From a virus (lineage: Duplodnaviria > Caudoviricetes): a DNA stretch of 64,000 nucleotides. The stretch is taken from IMG/VR virus record IMGVR_UViG_3300028591_000086, positions 96,001 through 160,000 of that record; one strand, written 5' to 3'. This document shows positions 57,341 through 64,000 of this stretch, in pieces. Position 1 is the first letter of the stretch. Each line of letters starts with the position of its first letter. The notes beneath the pieces are model-generated. The model made no database searches and was not told where the DNA came from. It saw only the letters and a list, made by a program, of their open reading frames with translations. Position numbers and translations under genes: made by a program.

Positions 57341-59515
57341 ATGGGATACAATAAAGGTCGTTTGATACCAGATGCAAGACCGTTGTCTGAATTTAGACAA
57401 GAAGACTCTCGTTCTCCTTTTGATGGAGAAGTGGTATTTGACGATACTGATAAATCTTTAGATATAGGTGTATGGGTGAAAAATATGAATAATGTCTGGG
57501 AATGTCACATGAGAACAAAAGAAATACAAGAAATTATAGATTCTTATGGTTCTTCAGGAGACAATACTTTTCAAAATGCTACTGCATTTTATGAATCAGG
57601 CATTATTCATAAATTTTTCTTTTCCCAAAAAGGTCAAAGAGTTTGGTTAGATAGTTCTTTTGATATTTCGAAATTTGCATATTATGCGATAAAGACTATA
57701 AACACTGAACGATATGTTACTGGTTTAGTAGATTCAGATGGAAACGATTATTTAAAAGCATTGATTCCTGTTTCCATGAAATATGGAAAAATAACTTCTG
57801 AAATCCGCATTAATACTTGGTATACTGTTGAGTTTTATAATGATAAAAAAGATTTAATGCATTCTATAAATTATTTATCTCATCAAGCTCTAACTATGCC
57901 TATAGATCTCATTAATGAGCCTTCTGGTAAAGAAAATACGATAACTAATGTAAAATTGACTTTTGACAGAGTCGATAGTGATGGTAAGGGTATTTTATAT
58001 AAAGGTGAACGCCTATCAGATATACATCCACATTTGCGTTTAACTATATCAGATGGTCATATCGTTATAATTGACGATATTGAGAAAATGAAATTATCAT
58101 ATAATGAATTAGATACCGATAGGGTCGGTGAATACAATATCAAAGCTTCATACCCGGTTTTTGACAACGATAATGCTTCACAACGAAAAATATTTAAATA
58201 TTTTAAAGATATAATTTTCTATTACGGATACGAAACGCAGAAACCATATATCAGTATAGTTATGCCGAAAATTGAAAATGGAATGTATAATCGTGAATAT
58301 AAAGAAGTTCGTGTTAGAGGAATTGGTAATGAAGATACCCAATATATAACAGATTTTGAAATTGTACAAAATGAAAATGGTAATGATGTAATATTAATAC
58401 CTCATAAATATTTTAAAATTGAAAAGAATTCAGTATTAATTTATTTTACCGAAACTACTGATTCCAATCTTGTTCATTCTGATTCATTATATATTCCTGT
58501 TGAAAATACCGTAAAAATCATTGAACCTGAAATATACGAATACGATGATTTTAAAGCTATTGGATATATCGTTAATGTTGGTGGTGAAAATAAAGTAGCA
58601 TATAAATCATACGTTATACGAAACGGTATAGTTGAAGAAATAACTAATTTAGTAAGTTATGTTTATCCACCAGATTATGAATCTGGTAAAATAAATAGAA
58701 TAGTTGCTAAATTTAAAGGACATGAAGAAGCGTTTTTTAGTTATTTCATGGACCCAAATGTTTCAGGTAACACTAAAATTCTTACATCTAAATCTAGATC
58801 AGATTTAGGTTTGACACCTGAAACATTAGAAACGCCAGTATTACTATACTCTACAGGTTATTCAGATTTTACATTAGGAATGGGAAACTTTAATAAATCT
58901 AATCCTGTAAATTTTGATGTTATATTTAATATGATATCTCCTAATGTAGATTTGATTCGTGTAAGAAACGTTAAAGTCAATAAATATATGACACATTATG
59001 TAAGAAGTAATTCTTTTACATATATGCCATCGCATAAAACTTTTGTTCGAATACCAAATAAAGCTAAAACTTTAAAAGATGTTGTTTCTAACGTGTTTAC
59101 ACCAGATAATTATTCTGTGTCTTATAGAATAATAAAATGTAAAAATAAAGTTCTAACTAATATGTATGGTACTAGAACAGTTAAAGAACTATTACAAATG
59201 GTTAATGAACCATCTGATTCATTTGGTACATTTATAGGATATTCTTTAAGTAATGGATGGATTATAAATGATAGTGAATCTGAAAGATTGATTAATAATG
59301 GTGAAAAATTATATTATTATGAATGGTTTGCTTTAGAAGTTGATAATATTAATACACCTTTACCTTTAAATTTTGATGGTTTAGTTGAATTTAAATATAC
59401 TTTAAATCGAATAACCATTTCTAATAATGATTGTTTCTTAATAGAAGGATACAATTCGACTAATAAGGGCAAGTGTTTAGGAAGTATAATAGCACACGCT
59501 GCTGTTAAGATATAA
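57341..59515 (+). CDS. putative baseplate/virion structural protein (paralog of 59533..61233)
   Basis: Shared PxxGxxxxDDxxK, WExxxRTxEIQ, YYAI, YxVEFY motifs; Ig-like DTDRVGEYNIKASY. Confidence 0.65.
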   Translation: MGYNKGRLIPDARPLSEFRQEDSRSPFDGEVVFDDTDKSLDIGVWVKNMNNVWECHMRTKEIQEIIDSYGSSGDNTFQNATAFYESGIIHKFFFSQKGQRVWLDSSFDISKFAYYAIKTINTERYVTGLVDSDGNDYLKALIPVSMKYGKITSEIRINTWYTVEFYNDKKDLMHSINYLSHQALTMPIDLINEPSGKENTITNVKLTFDRVDSDGKGILYKGERLSDIHPHLRLTISDGHIVIIDDIEKMKLSYNELDTDRVGEYNIKASYPVFDNDNASQRKIFKYFKDIIFYYGYETQKPYISIVMPKIENGMYNREYKEVRVRGIGNEDTQYITDFEIVQNENGNDVILIPHKYFKIEKNSVLIYFTETTDSNLVHSDSLYIPVENTVKIIEPEIYEYDDFKAIGYIVNVGGENKVAYKSYVIRNGIVEEITNLVSYVYPPDYESGKINRIVAKFKGHEEAFFSYFMDPNVSGNTKILTSKSRSDLGLTPETLETPVLLYSTGYSDFTLGMGNFNKSNPVNFDVIFNMISPNVDLIRVRNVKVNKYMTHYVRSNSFTYMPSHKTFVRIPNKAKTLKDVVSNVFTPDNYSVSYRIIKCKNKVLTNMYGTRTVKELLQMVNEPSDSFGTFIGYSLSNGWIINDSESERLINNGEKLYYYEWFALEVDNINTPLPLNFDGLVEFKYTLNRITISNNDCFLIEGYNSTNKGKCLGSIIAHAAVKI

Positions 59516-59532
59516 GTTTAAGGAGTTAAGAA

Positions 59533-61233
59533 ATGGCAAAGTTGTCTATGGGTTTAAACCCTATTTCTAAATATAGAGGACCTAATGCTGCTGTTCCTAT
59601 AGAAGGAACAATGGCATATGATGATAGCACCAAGGATATATATTCTGCACATTGGAACGATGTAAAGAACGAGTGGGAGTGGAAAAGTAGAACAGCGGAA
59701 ATCCAGAGATTTTTAGATAATCTTTCGTCTGCTGGTCTTTTTGAGGCTTCTGCAGCATTCGTTAATAATAGAAAGATTTTGAGATTTTATTACGATACAG
59801 ATAACGGTATCGTTAGACTTAATTCTGATTTACGTTTCGATGCATCTTACAGATATTATGCTATTCGAAGTATTTCTAAAACTGCGAATGGCGGATATGA
59901 ATATATCACTGGTGAAACAAATCATGATGGAAACATCGTTAGTTCTCTTGTAAATATGGATCTTGTTGATTCTGCTGTAGCAGACGGAACGCAAGAATCT
60001 AAACCAGGAACAGGTAAACTGTATGGTGACGTAATTGATGGTAACGCTTATATTGTAGAGTTCTATGATATAAATAGAACACTCATTGATGTAGAATCTT
60101 ATCAAGCAGTTAAAGTTAGAACAGCTGATACTGATTTGTGTCCTGACACAGCTATTAAAGATTTACTTGTACATTGTAATCAGGAAAGTAATGGAGCATT
60201 TTATTTACATCAAGGTCAAAGCGTAGATGAACTTGCAATACAAGTCCTTCTTGATTACGGTGATGATCTACTTAAAGATGTTTCTCATGAAGAAACTAAT
60301 GGTGGAAGATTAGCTATTCAAGGTTTAGATGAAATAGATACTTCTACACTTACAGCTGATTCAGGTGTTCAACAGAAAATAGTTGTTGCTTATACTATGA
60401 TACGTTCAAATGCGTCATACCCAGTTCAACAGTCTTATAACTCTGAAACTGGAGCTATTATTTCACCAAATAGTAATACTATATATAAGGAAATACCTAT
60501 TAATATTGTAGCTAATGATAACACTGATTTAGTTGAAGTTATACCTGTTGGATATATTCTTCCTACAATTGAAAATGTTTATGATTCTACAACCGGTGCT
60601 ATTATCGGAGAAAAAAGTGTTAAGAAAATTAAACTTAAGTTCTTTGGTCATTATTCTGATGGTACATTGTATGATATTACTCGTCTTACATCCATTAACA
60701 ATGATGTTGAACAGTTTAACGATGAAAATATTATTTCTCCACAAAATATTGTAATACAAGTACGTTTAGGATACAGTAACTATAAGTACAATACTTATCA
60801 ATTTACTATATATCCATTTGGTATTGAATCAAACGCTGTAACTTTCAAAAATGGGGTAAGTAGTTATGTATCATTTGATACTACTCAGAATGCTGGTGGT
60901 ATTTATTCTGGTTCATTTGTAGGTTTCACATACAATGGACAGTTACTTGATCCTAGTGAATTAATAAATCAGGACGCAGCTAAATACGGTGATATTCAAG
61001 CTAACTATATTAGAATACGAGACGTTAAAGATCCATCATTTTATTACACTGATATAGTTCAGCCTTCAGATCAGATTTTCTATAAAACAAATAGTGAACA
61101 TATTTTAACTAAAGACACTCCTTTATTAGTTGAATTCTACAGAGTAACAGTAGAATCTTCTACAAATAAAACAATCAATATTTTTGCAACAGGTGCAATG
61201 TTATTCTTTGCTGATACTAGAATTACAAATTAA
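59533..61233 (+). CDS. putative baseplate/virion structural protein
   Basis: Paralog of upstream gene; GRLAIQGLDEIDTS..QQKIVVAY resembles phiKZ-like baseplate proteins (by eye). Confidence 0.65.
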   Translation: MAKLSMGLNPISKYRGPNAAVPIEGTMAYDDSTKDIYSAHWNDVKNEWEWKSRTAEIQRFLDNLSSAGLFEASAAFVNNRKILRFYYDTDNGIVRLNSDLRFDASYRYYAIRSISKTANGGYEYITGETNHDGNIVSSLVNMDLVDSAVADGTQESKPGTGKLYGDVIDGNAYIVEFYDINRTLIDVESYQAVKVRTADTDLCPDTAIKDLLVHCNQESNGAFYLHQGQSVDELAIQVLLDYGDDLLKDVSHEETNGGRLAIQGLDEIDTSTLTADSGVQQKIVVAYTMIRSNASYPVQQSYNSETGAIISPNSNTIYKEIPINIVANDNTDLVEVIPVGYILPTIENVYDSTTGAIIGEKSVKKIKLKFFGHYSDGTLYDITRLTSINNDVEQFNDENIISPQNIVIQVRLGYSNYKYNTYQFTIYPFGIESNAVTFKNGVSSYVSFDTTQNAGGIYSGSFVGFTYNGQLLDPSELINQDAAKYGDIQANYIRIRDVKDPSFYYTDIVQPSDQIFYKTNSEHILTKDTPLLVEFYRVTVESSTNKTINIFATGAMLFFADTRITN

Positions 61234-61247
61234 TGGAGGAATTATAA

Positions 61248-63341
61248 ATGTCAGGTACTGTAGGTGAAATGCTTAATAAGATTAAAACATCGTGTGATCC
61301 TAAAACAATGATGTTTTGTTTTAAAGATACTAAAATAGCTAAAGCATATAACAGAACAGTATTATATACTCCTTGGGAATCTAGAGTTAAACCGATATCT
61401 AATTATATAAATTATTCTGAGCAGAATGTTTTTGAAAGTTGGAAACAAAATGATATTTTTGCTGCTGGAAATGTAGCTTTCGATTCAAGAGAACATTCTT
61501 CCAAAGTAGTAGTTAAAATAGAATATAGTGGAAATCCAGCAGATTCTTCTACTAAAAAGAAAACTACTACAACAGTAGAAACATATAATTTTAATGGAAC
61601 GATTACTACGACAATAGAAGTAATTTATACGTATAATAATAAAAATTATACAACTCCTGTTGAAGGTAGTTTAGATAGACCATTATTCGGTGTGGCAGTA
61701 GATCAATTTACTACTTATAGTGAAGCGTTTACTGCTAATCCGAATTATTTAAGAGTATATAAATTTGTTCCAGATAATATTGGAATTTATTATTGGGTAG
61801 AATCTCCATATTTTTGTGAATTTAAAACTGAAAGATTATCGTCTGGGAATATAGACAGTTATTATGCGTATAAAAACGAAGATGATACGTATTATATAAA
61901 AGATATTCTGAAACGTTCAATACGTAAACCTTTATTAAACGTTTATTATAAAAATTCTCAAGGCATTTGGATTGATTATAATCAATGTATTAGATCATAC
62001 CCAGAATATGATGTTGAAGAAGCTAGTAAGATATGGACAGAACGTTTACGGGTAGATAATGATATTTTACCTAGATGTGAATATATTGATGAAAATAAAA
62101 ACAGATATTTCATAGATAACGGAGATGGTCAAGATACTTATGTTGAAAACTGTACTAGTATAGAACTTGATACTGTAAAAGCTATAACTGTATTATCGAA
62201 AGAATTAGAATTTAATATCGACACTGAAATAGATGCTATTACATTTTTGAGTGGCGAAATTGTTCCTCGTGTATCAGGATTTGTATTTAATCACTGGTCA
62301 TGGATTAAAGATGGTGCAGAGATTACATCAATGTCGAATAAAAATCTTAATCCAGGTGATGTGTTAAAAGTTTACGCCGTATATTACAGATCTACTGGTA
62401 AAGTATTATATGAACCTTATTCATTAGATGATCCTACTATTCCATGGAAACGTAGATTCATGTATGATGATCTAAAAATTACTTTACCTGAAGGATATAA
62501 GAAAGAGCAATTCTTAGTGTGGTTGAATGGTGCATTTGTTCCTTCAACTAAAGATAATACTTACGAACACGTTATGTATCTAGAGAATGCTATGACCATG
62601 ATAGGAAGTAAATCTGTAAATCAGAAACTCGGTTCAACTTATACAAATGGTGATTATGGTACAGTTATAACATCTGAAGAAAATGATGAGTATAGATATG
62701 ATATCAATTTAAGATTATTTGGTTGGAAAGGTGTAAAAGTTTCTAATTTTTATAGACCAGTTAGTTCAACAACTACACCAATAACTTATAATTTTGAATC
62801 TATTTATCCTCTGAAAACATTAACCTTCCCAGTAGCAGTTAATAAATCTGCTCATTTAATTATGTGTAATGGTAAAGTATTGGATTCTAGTGAATATTTT
62901 GTAGATGAAAATAATCCTAAGACTATAATATTGAAGAATGTTGAAGCTGATGCTAATATTCTTCTTGACGAATTAGTTAAGGAAATAGATGAAAATCTTG
63001 ATTACTATGAAAACGTAAATCCTTTACATTTATTACGAAGTATGATACTTGAGAGAACTTATTCTTTAATAAATTTTGAAGCAGAAGATCCTACTAAGGT
63101 AGTAGAACTTCATAATTCAAATGCTTGTGCGGTAGATTTTCCTAAAAAAGGAGAAATAACGTTCACAAGATTAAGAATAGGTGATATGGTATTGATAAAT
63201 GGTTTATTCGAACCTTATATCTGGGTTCATCAGAATACTATAAAGATACCTAAGACTGCTAATACATATAGTGACGGCGTTGTCGATAAATTGTATGCTG
63301 AAAATGTCATTAGATACTATTTCGTATTAAAGGATAAATAA
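61248..63341 (+). CDS. putative virion structural protein
   Basis: 697 aa; LVWLNG / IMCNG / LINGL modules as in 52976; PRVSGFVFNHW B-repeat-like motif; terminator at 63343-63375. Confidence 0.65.
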   Translation: MSGTVGEMLNKIKTSCDPKTMMFCFKDTKIAKAYNRTVLYTPWESRVKPISNYINYSEQNVFESWKQNDIFAAGNVAFDSREHSSKVVVKIEYSGNPADSSTKKKTTTTVETYNFNGTITTTIEVIYTYNNKNYTTPVEGSLDRPLFGVAVDQFTTYSEAFTANPNYLRVYKFVPDNIGIYYWVESPYFCEFKTERLSSGNIDSYYAYKNEDDTYYIKDILKRSIRKPLLNVYYKNSQGIWIDYNQCIRSYPEYDVEEASKIWTERLRVDNDILPRCEYIDENKNRYFIDNGDGQDTYVENCTSIELDTVKAITVLSKELEFNIDTEIDAITFLSGEIVPRVSGFVFNHWSWIKDGAEITSMSNKNLNPGDVLKVYAVYYRSTGKVLYEPYSLDDPTIPWKRRFMYDDLKITLPEGYKKEQFLVWLNGAFVPSTKDNTYEHVMYLENAMTMIGSKSVNQKLGSTYTNGDYGTVITSEENDEYRYDINLRLFGWKGVKVSNFYRPVSSTTTPITYNFESIYPLKTLTFPVAVNKSAHLIMCNGKVLDSSEYFVDENNPKTIILKNVEADANILLDELVKEIDENLDYYENVNPLHLLRSMILERTYSLINFEAEDPTKVVELHNSNACAVDFPKKGEITFTRLRIGDMVLINGLFEPYIWVHQNTIKIPKTANTYSDGVVDKLYAENVIRYYFVLKDK

Positions 63342-63440
63342 AATAATAATCCCCTGAAATTATCAGGGGATTATTTTAATCTATCAGTTTAACGATTGTA
63401 TATTCTGTTAGTATCTATAGATAAAATATGGGAGGGCCAT

Positions 63441-63875
63441 ATGGTCAGAAAAAGTAAAAGGCAGATAGATATAGATAAAAATCTATATCTATCATTTGTG
63501 GAGAAATCGACTCGTGAAGAATTAATTTCTCTAATGGAATTATTGGTTTCACGAGAAACAGTAAGCAATAATTCGTATGAAACACCTTTAGATGATTTGA
63601 TAAAGGAAGTTGATGCGATTGCTGCCGCATGTGCTGATTTAGAAAAACGTACTGCTACTACTGGTGCTTGCATAAGACCGATGTTGCGAAGAATGTCTCA
63701 GAGAAGTTTTACTGAGACATGTGAATTGATGAATGACATAATCGAGAAAAACATTTTCGACTGTCCATGTAACAAGATGAAACATATCGTCGACTTTAAG
63801 AATAAGTTGAATGAACATGCTCTTGTGGACTATGTTGATATCGTCGATTCTATAGCAGATATCATCTCACAATAG
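63441..63875 (+). CDS. hypothetical protein
   Basis: ATG at 63441 (MVRKSK) after GGGAGG; terminator at 63888-63917. Confidence 0.8.
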   Translation: MVRKSKRQIDIDKNLYLSFVEKSTREELISLMELLVSRETVSNNSYETPLDDLIKEVDAIAAACADLEKRTATTGACIRPMLRRMSQRSFTETCELMNDIIEKNIFDCPCNKMKHIVDFKNKLNEHALVDYVDIVDSIADIISQ

Positions 63876-64000
63876 TAAAACTATGGACAAAGAAGAGCGC
63901 TTTATGCGCTCTTCTTTTTTTATTTATTATATAATACTATTTATATATTGTATTATTGATATGGCAGAGTAAACTCTTTAATTATTTTAACCATATAATA

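Noticed and set aside
1-64000. Stop-codon reassignment
   Set aside because: Long genes are uninterrupted in the standard code, and TAA, TAG and TGA all end well-supported genes
1-64000. Phage nucleus shell (chimallin) or PhuZ tubulin
   Set aside because: No recognisable motifs in this window; cannot be excluded among hypothetical proteins or elsewhere in the genome

Overview
Very AT-rich, gene-dense segment of a jumbo bacteriophage of the phiKZ/AR9(PBS1)-related supergroup. It encodes three split multisubunit RNA polymerase subunits (beta' N-half with NGDFDGD, a short beta N-half, and a long virion-type beta), the N-half of a split family-B DNA polymerase, an SbcD/Mre11 nuclease, a dNMP kinase, a HAD phosphatase, a zincin protease, two paralogous PD-(D/E)XK endonucleases, an intein-containing radical SAM/SPASM enzyme, an H1-like basic protein and a block of probable tail/baseplate genes. 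AR9-like early (TATATTAT) and late (AACA-N6-TG) promoter motifs and many intrinsic terminators are visible. A 2-kb RNA cluster holds tRNA-Asp x2, tRNA-Gln, tRNA-Leu(UAA) with a group I intron, two aberrant tRNA-like RNAs and several unassigned structured RNAs. The most unusual signals are: a promoter/terminator-bounded ~37-nt repeat RNA with covarying stems and a constant loop (14961-15165); two tandem ORF-less transcription units carrying anti-Shine-Dalgarno/anti-AUG tracts (31517-32051); a mini-intein starting with Asp inside the radical SAM CxxxCxxC motif; and a tandem GITP[FY]D C-terminal motif shared by two nucleases and an unrelated small protein. All family assignments come from motif recognition by eye, not database searches.
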